From: a virus | Lineage: Duplodnaviria > Caudoviricetes | Virus record (IMG/VR): IMGVR_UViG_3300032007_000028 | Reading direction: 5' to 3' (one strand) | Length of the DNA: 64,000 bases | Shown: piece by piece, positions 56,028 through 64,000 of the stretch | How the letters are laid out: every line of letters starts with the position of its first letter | How positions within the stretch are numbered: the stretch's first letter is position 1 | Translations under genes and position numbers: made by a program | The notes under the pieces: generated by a model | Told to the model about the DNA's origin: nothing | Seen by the model: the letters and a program-made list of their open reading frames with translations, nothing else | Databases searched by the model: none

Positions 56028-56040
56028 CGAGAACACGTTA

Positions 56041-56520
56041 TTACTTGGGCCTCTTTATGAGGTCCCTATGATTCCACAGATAATCGACGAATTGCTTCCA
56101 GTTCATTCGCAACTGCGTGTACACATCAAGTTTCTCGCCACAACTGAGATTCACGGAAGCAGAGTAGAAATGACCCCACTCATTGAGACACCCTTTTCGC
56201 TCTTCTACGAGTCTGTCGATTTCCTCCGAGTCGATGCGAGGTGTCCACGACGTGGCCACGAACTCCCATTCGTATTTCGCCCAGAAATAGTATCGCATAA
56301 TCGACACCAGTCCATCTTCGAACTTCCCGAAATCGTCCTTGCATTCTTTCTTGAGTTCGTAAAGTTCGTGTTTCAGCGAACCATGGTCGAACACATTATA
56401 GACGATGATGGCGTCTTGCTCTCTGACGATTACGTTCCAAATGAGCTTTTTATCGCATTCGTCGATGTCGTTACTGCCGTAGGTGTAGTATGAGAATGTT
56501 TCCTTTTCGTTTTTGACCAT
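56041..56520 (-). CDS. Conserved phage hypothetical protein
   Basis: YNVFDH, YYFWAKYEWE, KLDVY.QL..NW..F.DY. Confidence 0.65.
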   Translation of the reverse strand: MVKNEKETFSYYTYGSNDIDECDKKLIWNVIVREQDAIIVYNVFDHGSLKHELYELKKECKDDFGKFEDGLVSIMRYYFWAKYEWEFVATSWTPRIDSEEIDRLVEERKGCLNEWGHFYSASVNLSCGEKLDVYTQLRMNWKQFVDYLWNHRDLIKRPK

Positions 56521-56532
56521 TTCGTTTTCCTT

Positions 56533-57150
56533 TCATTTTCCCATGAGCAGATATGAGTACGCAAGATAGTACCAGTCGTAGTCGGTAGGCAGTTCGTGAG
56601 GCTCATGGTCTTTAACGAACATCATTGCACGCCACGGCTCGCTGGTCATCACGACAATCGCATCCTCCAACTCGATTGCGCTGGAATATTCGTCGATGCC
56701 CTCTTTCAATACGACGTCAAGATTGTTTTCGCGCAATTTCTTCAGTCTTCGTTTCCCAAGTCTCTTGTTCCAAGACATGTATTTTTCGTACAGACCCTCA
56801 TTGACGCGATACTCATGATGAATGTCGTACCACGTGGAGAATATCACAGTAGACGCGACCGAATACCTCGATTCGTCCTTGGCGTAGATATCGAAGAATT
56901 CCCTCTTGACCCATCTATATGCTTTTCGACTGGTCGTCAATCGCTTTGCGTTCTCGAAGAACGAGACGAAGAATCTATGCAACTCCCTTTCTGCTACCGA
57001 CCACAGATGCAACTCTTCTTTTGAGTCTATCGACCTGATTGTTCGGCGCGTCCAGGCGATTTTTTGGGCGAATATGTTAAAGACATCTTCGTAATTTATT
57101 TTCGTACGCTTTTTACCACTTGTTTTCTTGTTTTTGATTCGCATAAACAT
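56533..57150 (-). CDS. Hypothetical protein
   Basis: 205 aa ORF. Confidence 0.6.
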   Translation of the reverse strand: MFMRIKNKKTSGKKRTKINYEDVFNIFAQKIAWTRRTIRSIDSKEELHLWSVAERELHRFFVSFFENAKRLTTSRKAYRWVKREFFDIYAKDESRYSVASTVIFSTWYDIHHEYRVNEGLYEKYMSWNKRLGKRRLKKLRENNLDVVLKEGIDEYSSAIELEDAIVVMTSEPWRAMMFVKDHEPHELPTDYDWYYLAYSYLLMGK

Positions 57151-57208
57151 TTCTCGATTATATTATACAAAGAAGACGCGCTGTCGAGCACGTCTTTTTC
57201 GACACTAT

Positions 57209-57481
57209 CTATGCGTCGAAGTCTATCTCTTTCTTGTCGAGCATCTTGTTGAACTTGTCGAGAACGTTTCTGCTGTTCGGACTACCGAACACATAGCCAT
57301 CTTCCCCGACTGTTTCTTTGTCACGAGAGATGATGGTGGTGCGCTTGCATCTCATATAGCACTTTTTGCTTTGAAGGACGTGAATCAGCTTCTTCTCGCA
57401 CTCTTCAATCGATTTCCCTGGCCAGAGATGGATTGTACCGTCATTCGAGTAGAATACGGCGTAGTAGACTTTGTCTTCCAT
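57209..57481 (-). CDS. Hypothetical protein
   Basis: 90 aa, AGGAGG RBS, sigmaA promoter. Confidence 0.65.
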   Translation of the reverse strand: MEDKVYYAVFYSNDGTIHLWPGKSIEECEKKLIHVLQSKKCYMRCKRTTIISRDKETVGEDGYVFGSPNSRNVLDKFNKMLDKKEIDFDA

Positions 57482-57510
57482 GATGATGCCTCCTTGAGTT
57501 TCCTCGACTT

Positions 57511-57539
57511 ATTATAGCATCGCGAAAGTAACTTGTCAA
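57511..57539 (-). promoter_or_regulatory. Consensus sigmaA promoter TTGACA-17-TATAAT with extended -10 TG
   Basis: Minus strand ttgaca agttactttcgcgatgc tataat. Confidence 0.85.
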
Positions 57540-57586
57540 GCGAACAAAAAACGAACGACGGTTAAGTCAGCTCGTTTTCTATCGCG

Positions 57587-58171
57587 TTATTGTTCTTTGC
57601 TAGGGTCGATGATGTAACGTTCTGGATTACCTAAAGGCGCTTGTCTGAACTTGTATGTGATGTTTTCCCACACTTCGTTTCCAAACATGTCTTTGGTTTT
57701 CTCGAACATCAACTGGTTGCTCCAAGGGAACTGGAGGACGCCACAATTCTTCTTATGCCATTCCTCGACGGGCCCCTCGGGAAGAATCCAACGACCAATC
57801 TTGTACAAGTCTAGACAATTCAGAAGTTTTGTGTTTAGAAACTCTCGACCGCTGTAGATACCTACTTTTAGGTCTTTATATTTTTCGTGGATGTAATTCG
57901 CGATTCTGACGACGTCGTCGTGATTGCTGTCCCCACCCATCAAGCCGAAGCATGTAATCCCTGGATGTTCTTCAATCAGCTTATCGACTTCTTCATTCGT
58001 CAATTCGGTCCCAACATAGGGCATAAGCCACGGCTCAGAACAGTGCGAGCACATTCCGGGGCACCCCGATATGTTTACGCAAAGCGTTGTTTCCTCCGGA
58101 AATTCCGAGAACGTGACCGCTACGTCATAATATTTCAACGGCTTATTATAGCCAACGGTGTTTTCGCTCAT
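57587..58171 (-). CDS. nrdG: Anaerobic RNR activase
   Basis: SGCPGMCSHC radical-SAM motif, MGGD, SNQ; adjacent to nrdD. Confidence 0.88.
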   Translation of the reverse strand: MSENTVGYNKPLKYYDVAVTFSEFPEETTLCVNISGCPGMCSHCSEPWLMPYVGTELTNEEVDKLIEEHPGITCFGLMGGDSNHDDVVRIANYIHEKYKDLKVGIYSGREFLNTKLLNCLDLYKIGRWILPEGPVEEWHKKNCGVLQFPWSNQLMFEKTKDMFGNEVWENITYKFRQAPLGNPERYIIDPSKEQ

Positions 58172-58203
58172 CTATGCATAAATCCTTTCTCTTATATTAT
58201 ACA

Positions 58204-60093
58204 TCAGTCGCTCAGATGATTGTATGCCCTCTTCGCGGCTTCTTTCTGGCGCACTTCGCTGAAATTGCTGACTCTCTTGAGATATCCGATGATTCTCGTC
58301 GCGTAGTCAATGTCTTTAGAACCGCATTCAGGACACTCTGTAAGCATTCGCTTGTCTATGTGACCACAGTGATTGCATACCGTTGAAGGGATATTGTATG
58401 TAAAGTAGCTACAGCCTGCGTTTATTGCGACATTCATCAAGTGTCTATACTGTTTTTTCGAAAGTATTTCGTGAAGATTACAGTGATATGCAGAACCGCC
58501 ATCTAAGCAACCTATAAAGTCTTTTCCTTGAAGATACATTTTTGTAATTGGGTCATACGTATCGTCTTCGACTGGATAGAAGTATGAATTATAGCATTCT
58601 CTGCAAGACGGTACCCAATACCCATCCTCTTTATCCCATTTGTAGTGTTTGGGCCCAACCGATTCCCCAGGAATCATCTCGGTATTGAACTTACAGCGTT
58701 CAGTACGATGCTCTTTATTCAATTCTTTTATTGTTTCGAGAACGTCCTTTGCGAACTGCTTATATTGCTCGTTATTCGGCAATATCTTGATTCCATTATA
58801 TTTCGTATCAGACTTCATCCCCAAGAATTCTGCCGCCTCGATGAATCCGTTAAAGCCAACAGTAAGATATTGTCTGTTCAAATCGATAAAGCCTGCGCTG
58901 TATACAGTCAGCAGACCGGCATCAAAGTCGTCCCACAACTTATTATTCCAACTTTCGAGATATTTATGAACTCTGCAAACAATTGGCGTTATGTATTCTT
59001 TAAGTGTACACTCTTCTTTTATTTTATACCAATCCTGAACTATTCTATTTACGTTCAGAGTTATAACTCTCTTCGAACCAGTTTCTATACCACCGGCGCC
59101 AAGAGTATAAGAGAATGCGTTGTCTTCTATTGAGTTTTTTAATCGACAGCAGGAACTCAACGCATCTACGGAATCGGAGTTGTATAAGAAGAACGAGTGA
59201 CCTTCTGCCCACATCTCTGCTGTGAAATCTGCCATCTCCTCGTCAAGATATTTCTTACCGTCATGCAATAAATTCATTGTCTCAACAGGAAAAGTGAGTA
59301 TTTCGTGAGTGCGCTCTTTATTGAACCACTTCATGAACATCTTCTGAAGTTCCTTTGTGGTTTCCCAACAAGGCTCGTCGCCGTCAGGGAAGAAGAAATC
59401 TTTGAATAGAGACTTAAAATAGAACTCGTCGTAATATGCAATGTTCGTAAATGGACTTTGATAGTTTCTACTGCCAGCAGGCTGATTCACTGAATAAACG
59501 AACTGCTGAAACCAGTCTTCAATCTTACCTCTAAGAGTCTGCTTTCTATTGCCAAAAACTTCAACAACGTCATCGAGGTGTTTTATGTACTCTTCGCCGT
59601 AGTCTATACGAAGAAAATGGTCCATGTACGGAAGAAATTCTACAATAGCTACAGCGCCGGCAAATTGACCAGCAATCAAGAACACAAGATTTATTAGACC
59701 GCCTATGTAACTGTTCGTATGTTTTGGCGCGTCACTACTGCCACCAAGTTGTTTCAAACCATTCAAAATAAAAGGATACAAAGAAATTGAGCAACAGTAC
59801 GGATAGCCGCCAAGAGTAGACTCGTCATTTGTATAGATTATATGATTTTTTAGGTCGTTTTGATATGCATCAGCCAAATCTTCACCAAAATCTCTAATCA
59901 AATATCTTCTAGCAATCTCTCTTTGAACGTCTATACCTAATTTTTTGATAGACTCAGACGTCATTGTGGCGATATTTCGACTTGTCACATTTGCGTTTTG
60001 GTCATACGTAGATAGAGTTGCTGGATTCTTATTAGAATCATGATATTTGTCAAAGAAATTCATTATTTCTTGAATGCGCTTTTCCATAAACAA
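58204..60093 (-). CDS. nrdD: Anaerobic (class III) ribonucleotide reductase, no ATP cone
   Basis: PYC, SSCCRL, PGES, CxxC..CxxC, RIIGYL glycyl loop. Confidence 0.95.
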   Translation of the reverse strand: MFMEKRIQEIMNFFDKYHDSNKNPATLSTYDQNANVTSRNIATMTSESIKKLGIDVQREIARRYLIRDFGEDLADAYQNDLKNHIIYTNDESTLGGYPYCCSISLYPFILNGLKQLGGSSDAPKHTNSYIGGLINLVFLIAGQFAGAVAIVEFLPYMDHFLRIDYGEEYIKHLDDVVEVFGNRKQTLRGKIEDWFQQFVYSVNQPAGSRNYQSPFTNIAYYDEFYFKSLFKDFFFPDGDEPCWETTKELQKMFMKWFNKERTHEILTFPVETMNLLHDGKKYLDEEMADFTAEMWAEGHSFFLYNSDSVDALSSCCRLKNSIEDNAFSYTLGAGGIETGSKRVITLNVNRIVQDWYKIKEECTLKEYITPIVCRVHKYLESWNNKLWDDFDAGLLTVYSAGFIDLNRQYLTVGFNGFIEAAEFLGMKSDTKYNGIKILPNNEQYKQFAKDVLETIKELNKEHRTERCKFNTEMIPGESVGPKHYKWDKEDGYWVPSCRECYNSYFYPVEDDTYDPITKMYLQGKDFIGCLDGGSAYHCNLHEILSKKQYRHLMNVAINAGCSYFTYNIPSTVCNHCGHIDKRMLTECPECGSKDIDYATRIIGYLKRVSNFSEVRQKEAAKRAYNHLSD

Positions 60094-60105
60094 CCTCTTT
60101 TAATA

Positions 60106-60315
60106 TTATTTTCTTTCCTTAATCCAGCGAATTATCGCAGGCCCCTCTATTCTGTTACCGTCGACTTCAAGCGTCGGCGTATGCGTTATGCCAATAGATT
60201 TCATGTGTTCTATGTCTTTGCAGGACTCATGTTCAATTGCATTTTTATTCAGCAACATCTCAACCGTTCTGCACATACCGCACGAATCTTGATGATATAA
60301 TACAACTTTACTCAT
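60106..60315 (-). CDS. Glutaredoxin-like (NrdH) protein
   Basis: CGMC, TPTLEVDG. Confidence 0.85.
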   Translation of the reverse strand: MSKVVLYHQDSCGMCRTVEMLLNKNAIEHESCKDIEHMKSIGITHTPTLEVDGNRIEGPAIIRWIKERK

Positions 60316-60433
60316 CGTAACCTTCTTCCTCCGCTAATCTGATACATTCGCTCAACGCTTTCAATTCCTCGTAATCCAAGTCGTCGAAAACATTGTCGTC
60401 TTTCAAATAACTTTCGTCACCGAAGACATCCAT
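60308..60433 (-). CDS. Very acidic 41-aa peptide
   Basis: MDVFGDESYLKDDNVFDDLDYEELKALSECIRLAEEEGYDE*; AAGGAG RBS. Confidence 0.5.
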   Translation of the reverse strand: MDVFGDESYLKDDNVFDDLDYEELKALSECIRLAEEEGYDE

Positions 60434-60468
60434 ACTCTATGGTCTCCTTTCGTCTGTGTGCTCTGAAT

Positions 60469-62202
60469 TTAGCACTCTTCGATGCCCGCGATATAATCCT
60501 GCAGAATCTCAAGAGTCTCTTTATCCGACTTGTCGTCGATGATGTAATCACTCATCGCTCGTTTTCTCTCAATCGTCTTGGAGATACGCGAATCTATCGT
60601 TCTGTCGCATATCAAATTATACACGAACACGGGCTTTTTCGCACCTATTCTGTGAATTCTGTCGCACGCCTGAAGATAGTCTGATGCGGTCCACGGCTGG
60701 TCTATGAATATCATATAGGACGCACTCGTCAACGTCACACCAGTGCCCATCTTCGAGATTGTGCCTATGAATACTTTTTTGCTTGGGTCCATTTGAAACT
60801 CGTCGATGTTGTCGGAAACTTCCGCGTCGCTCATATCGCCAGTGCCTATCAAGGGCGAATATTGTATCAACGCGTCTCGCAGTCTGTATACGGGTTCCTT
60901 GAATGTCGAGAAGATTACGACCTTCTCTCCGTTGCCGACGATTTCATCGACAAGCTCGACAGCACGTTCCAACTTGCATGACGTAACATCCGAAGAAGTG
61001 AGCACGCTTGGACACGTCGTCGCCTGTTTGAGACGCACAATCAGCGAAAGCATATTGGACGCCTTAATGCTGACTTTGTCGCACATCTCGTCGATGGTCT
61101 CTTTATTGAACCACTTAGACGCGTCGTTCGAATTCCCTCGTATCAACGACAGCAGTGCGAAATACATCGAAGACTGCTCTTTGTCCATCGTCAGATATTC
61201 GTCAATGAACGTTCTCTCTGGTAAGTCAAGCATGTCCTTCGTTCTGCGAAGGGAGCAGGAATCTATCTCGTCCTTCAACGCGTCTATGTTCTTGTAGCCG
61301 ATTATTCTGCCCCTCGTCATCTGGTCGAATACACAGTACATGCTCTTGAACTTCGTGACGCTGTTCTTGGGCTCTTTTCCGATGAACACGAGTGGAACAT
61401 ACGCGTCTACTGGATTGTTCGTCAGAAGTGTGCCTGTAGCGGCTACCACATTGTTCGCGGTCAACTTCAGAAGATTCTTTCCTTGAGCCGAGGCCCATCC
61501 TTTGGCACAATGTGCCTCATCCAGGGCAATCATCCCAATCTTATTTGGGCCCTTTTGCAAAGCATCGATTATCCTGTCGTCTCTGAGCGATTCTATGTTG
61601 ACGATGATGAAGAACTCGTCTATTTTGTTCATCAGTCTCTCAGCGCGTTTCTGCACGGAATCCCATGTGATGTTGCCCGTCTTCGTCTCGTGAGCGCCAA
61701 GAATCATGCAAGACAGTTTTGAGTGTCTGTTTATCTCTTTGCGCCAATTCGCTCTAAGCGTTGCGACACCACAGATGATAAGACAGTGCTCTATCCCCTT
61801 AGATGCTTTCAGCTCCTCTGCAAGATAGATTATCTGAAGACTTTTGCCAAGACCTGGTGCGTCGAGAAGAAGAAATTTATCGTTGTTCAGACCGAACTCG
61901 ATTCCCTCTAATTGATAATCGAATGGCTTCGTTCGATATTCGTCGACGAGTTTTGGCTTAATGATGTCTTTGTCGTTTGCTTCAGGCATCAGTTTCAACT
62001 CTATGTCGTCGAAAAAAGTCAAGTTGTCTAGAATATAAGAAAGAGACGAAACTGGTACTTCCCATTCTTTCGTGTTCTTATCAAAGGAATACGTACCACA
62101 CGACTTGACGACGTTGATTAGGTTCTTGTCGTAGTCAAACGATATGAAAAGAGAGGTGAGACCACTCAGTCCTCTCTTCCTGTCTTCTCTTATTTTAATC
62201 AT
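60469..62202 (-). CDS. SNF2-family helicase with N-terminal HARP-like domain
   Basis: PGLGKS, DEAH, ATGT, LRRTK, QACDRIHRIG. Confidence 0.92.
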   Translation of the reverse strand: MIKIREDRKRGLSGLTSLFISFDYDKNLINVVKSCGTYSFDKNTKEWEVPVSSLSYILDNLTFFDDIELKLMPEANDKDIIKPKLVDEYRTKPFDYQLEGIEFGLNNDKFLLLDAPGLGKSLQIIYLAEELKASKGIEHCLIICGVATLRANWRKEINRHSKLSCMILGAHETKTGNITWDSVQKRAERLMNKIDEFFIIVNIESLRDDRIIDALQKGPNKIGMIALDEAHCAKGWASAQGKNLLKLTANNVVAATGTLLTNNPVDAYVPLVFIGKEPKNSVTKFKSMYCVFDQMTRGRIIGYKNIDALKDEIDSCSLRRTKDMLDLPERTFIDEYLTMDKEQSSMYFALLSLIRGNSNDASKWFNKETIDEMCDKVSIKASNMLSLIVRLKQATTCPSVLTSSDVTSCKLERAVELVDEIVGNGEKVVIFSTFKEPVYRLRDALIQYSPLIGTGDMSDAEVSDNIDEFQMDPSKKVFIGTISKMGTGVTLTSASYMIFIDQPWTASDYLQACDRIHRIGAKKPVFVYNLICDRTIDSRISKTIERKRAMSDYIIDDKSDKETLEILQDYIAGIEEC

Positions 62203-62498
62203 CGCCAGATACCGACGTCGTCGAATTTGATTTCATAATCGTCTTCGCATTCGTCGACCAACTTGGAAGAGAACGAAAATTCGATTGTGGAAACAAACTT
62301 TTTCGAGCAATAGTCACAGATATACTCTTCGCTTACGATGGAGTCGTCTCTGTCCGTATACTCGATTATCCCGTTTTTGTCTTTCATGACTTTGGGATGA
62401 CCGAAAAGTTCCGATGCGACGAAAATCTCTTCGGGTAAATACTCGGCACCGCAATGCGGGCACTTGATTAGATTTTTTGTGGTTTCGTTTGGTTTCAT
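62199..62498 (-). CDS. Zinc-ribbon protein
   Basis: CPHC...CDYC. Confidence 0.65.
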   Translation of the reverse strand: MKPNETTKNLIKCPHCGAEYLPEEIFVASELFGHPKVMKDKNGIIEYTDRDDSIVSEEYICDYCSKKFVSTIEFSFSSKLVDECEDDYEIKFDDVGIWR

Positions 62499-62547
62499 CG
62501 TAACATATTATACACTCAATATGATACAATGAGCGTAAATTATAAGA

Positions 62548-64000
62548 CTAATAAAATATCTCTATCCAGTTGCTTCCACCAGCGTGGGCACCGATAGCGT
62601 ATGAACCAGAGTCGTAGTAACCTCCACCACCGGTTCCCTTTGAGCCGTCTAAACCAGAGCCGTCTGCGTATGCAGATGCGCCACCACGTATGGCGTTTCC
62701 AGTTCGAGCTTCAAATTCCTTTTTCATATACGATACGTTTCTGTCTGATTCGTAATCTGTCAAAGTGCAATAGGTATAGTTGAATCCGGCAGAACCATTA
62801 CTGCCTTTTTCGCTCTTTCTGTCCCATATCAATCCTGATGAAGACGGATTATCGACGAATTTTGGATTCTCTAATTCTTCGTACGAACCTATATTGTAGC
62901 TCTCGAATTCGTCTATGTTTAGTTGGTCTCTCATGTCGTATATATCGTCGGAGTCTGTAAGTATGAACGGATACGCGCCAGACAAATCGTTGCTGTTCGC
63001 ATCATAGTTTATTACTTCGTATTCACGTTCATCTTCGTCGTTATACGCAGTAACTTTAAGTCGCTCTTCGTGACTTGACGAGTCACATTCAAACACTATT
63101 CTATTGACAGGATAGAATGTCGACGAATATGAATATGAAGACGTAACGTACATATTGCTTAGAGAAATCGTTCTCGTACCTGGCCATGAACCATATGCGC
63201 AGAAATTCTGATAGTGGTCTTTTAACAGTTGCAAATCAAGACTGCTCTTGTAGAATTCCCACACACCCAACGTTTCTTGCTTCTCCAGCCACGTTCTCAG
63301 GTCAGCATCGCCGACCTCGCCACCCTTACCATTAGTCGCTGACGACGATGAAAGAACGCCAGACTTTCCACCGCCTATGGAACGATATTTAGTATCTCGA
63401 ATTTTCAGGTACGTATCCGAACCGTCTTTACCTTTCATTGACGCACCTGATTGAGTATATGTATTGTCTGCGCCACTGCCCCCTGAGAAAACGACGTTTC
63501 CCGCGGTCAAAGTGACTATGCCAGCCCATAACGCGCCTGCCCCTCCAGTCGCATATCCCCAAGATGAGTAGTACACGCCTGCACCACCTGCTCCTTGCAC
63601 GACGGCGAAAAGTTTCGTCGGAACCACCCCTCCATGGAAATAGCTAGCAGGATAATCGAACACAGTAGTGCCGTTACCGAAATTATGCCTCAGTCTCAGT
63701 TTATCTTGATATCTTTCTATCGTCAAATCGTTACCATTCGCTGTACCGCCCTCGAAAAGCTTGCTTTTCAATGTTGGTTTTGTACCGAACGCGATAGAGG
63801 AAATCGAATAGCCGTTGTTCTTATACTGAGGCACTGTCATTGAGTCATTCCACTCGTCGTGAGATGTCCAAACCTGAAGATACTCAGAAATGTTGTTTTC
63901 CGTGAATTTATAGTTGGAATACGAAGTGAAAGCGCAGCCGTCGTAATTCGGCAACGCCTCAGATAACGGTACAGATGTACCATTTATGTTTATCTTATAG
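62548..64000 (-). CDS. Gly-rich tail/fibre-associated protein, 5' end beyond window
   Basis: Frame open to right edge; GAGGAG, GGAG, GGGG motifs. Confidence 0.6.
   Translation of the reverse strand, partial: YKININGTSVPLSEALPNYDGCAFTSYSNYKFTENNISEYLQVWTSHDEWNDSMTVPQYKNNGYSISSIAFGTKPTLKSKLFEGGTANGNDLTIERYQDKLRLRHNFGNGTTVFDYPASYFHGGVVPTKLFAVVQGAGGAGVYYSSWGYATGGAGALWAGIVTLTAGNVVFSGGSGADNTYTQSGASMKGKDGSDTYLKIRDTKYRSIGGGKSGVLSSSSATNGKGGEVGDADLRTWLEKQETLGVWEFYKSSLDLQLLKDHYQNFCAYGSWPGTRTISLSNMYVTSSYSYSSTFYPVNRIVFECDSSSHEERLKVTAYNDEDEREYEVINYDANSNDLSGAYPFILTDSDDIYDMRDQLNIDEFESYNIGSYEELENPKFVDNPSSSGLIWDRKSEKGSNGSAGFNYTYCTLTDYESDRNVSYMKKEFEARTGNAIRGGASAYADGSGLDGSKGTGGGGYYDSGSYAIGAHAGGSNWIEIFY

Noticed and set aside
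69-63843. Numerous long plus-strand ORFs (e.g. 3824..4642, 5138..6019, 6899..7741, 44840..45655)
   Set aside because: They lie antisense to well-supported minus-strand genes, lack RBSs and motifs, and are explained by codon bias that leaves few antisense stops

Overview
64 kb segment of a large tailed dsDNA phage. The host is probably a Firmicute/Bacillota (inferred from GGAGG RBSs and sigmaA-type promoters), and the standard genetic code is used. Essentially all real genes are on the minus strand; the many plus-strand ORFs are antisense shadows. In minus-strand reading order the window holds: the end of a Gly-rich tail-type protein, SNF2 helicase, glutaredoxin/NrdD/NrdG, and a sigma-like protein. 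Then a bacterial-style replisome (initiator-like, DnaC-like, DnaB, primase, dUTPase, SSB, fragmented family A polymerase, beta clamp, DnaX/HolB/HolA-like clamp loader) with an embedded glycosyltransferase/cytidylyltransferase cassette. Then RecU, RecA, SbcCD, a second sigma-like protein and a Mor-like regulator, apparent pseudo-enzymes (peptide deformylase, HD protein) and a soluble FtsH. Nine tRNAs, one tRNA-like RNA and several structured non-coding RNAs lie at 17.0-21.1 kb and 36.6-37.0 kb. An accessory gene region, a non-coding DnaA-box/AT-rich/Z-DNA-prone locus and structural genes follow. The most striking element is the polA locus. The gene is broken into two cistrons separated by an RHH + Vsr-like endonuclease cassette, and the N-half ends in a degenerate intein (Hint)-like tail. 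The C-half has catalytic motif A (GSDFS/QQEPR) interrupted by a 12-nt in-frame insert that begins with TAA inside a GNRA-capped hairpin, which suggests programmed ribosomal bypassing or micro-intron removal. Two promoter-proximal hairpin RNAs displaying anti-Shine-Dalgarno loops are also notable. All functional calls come from motif reading by eye; no database searches were run.
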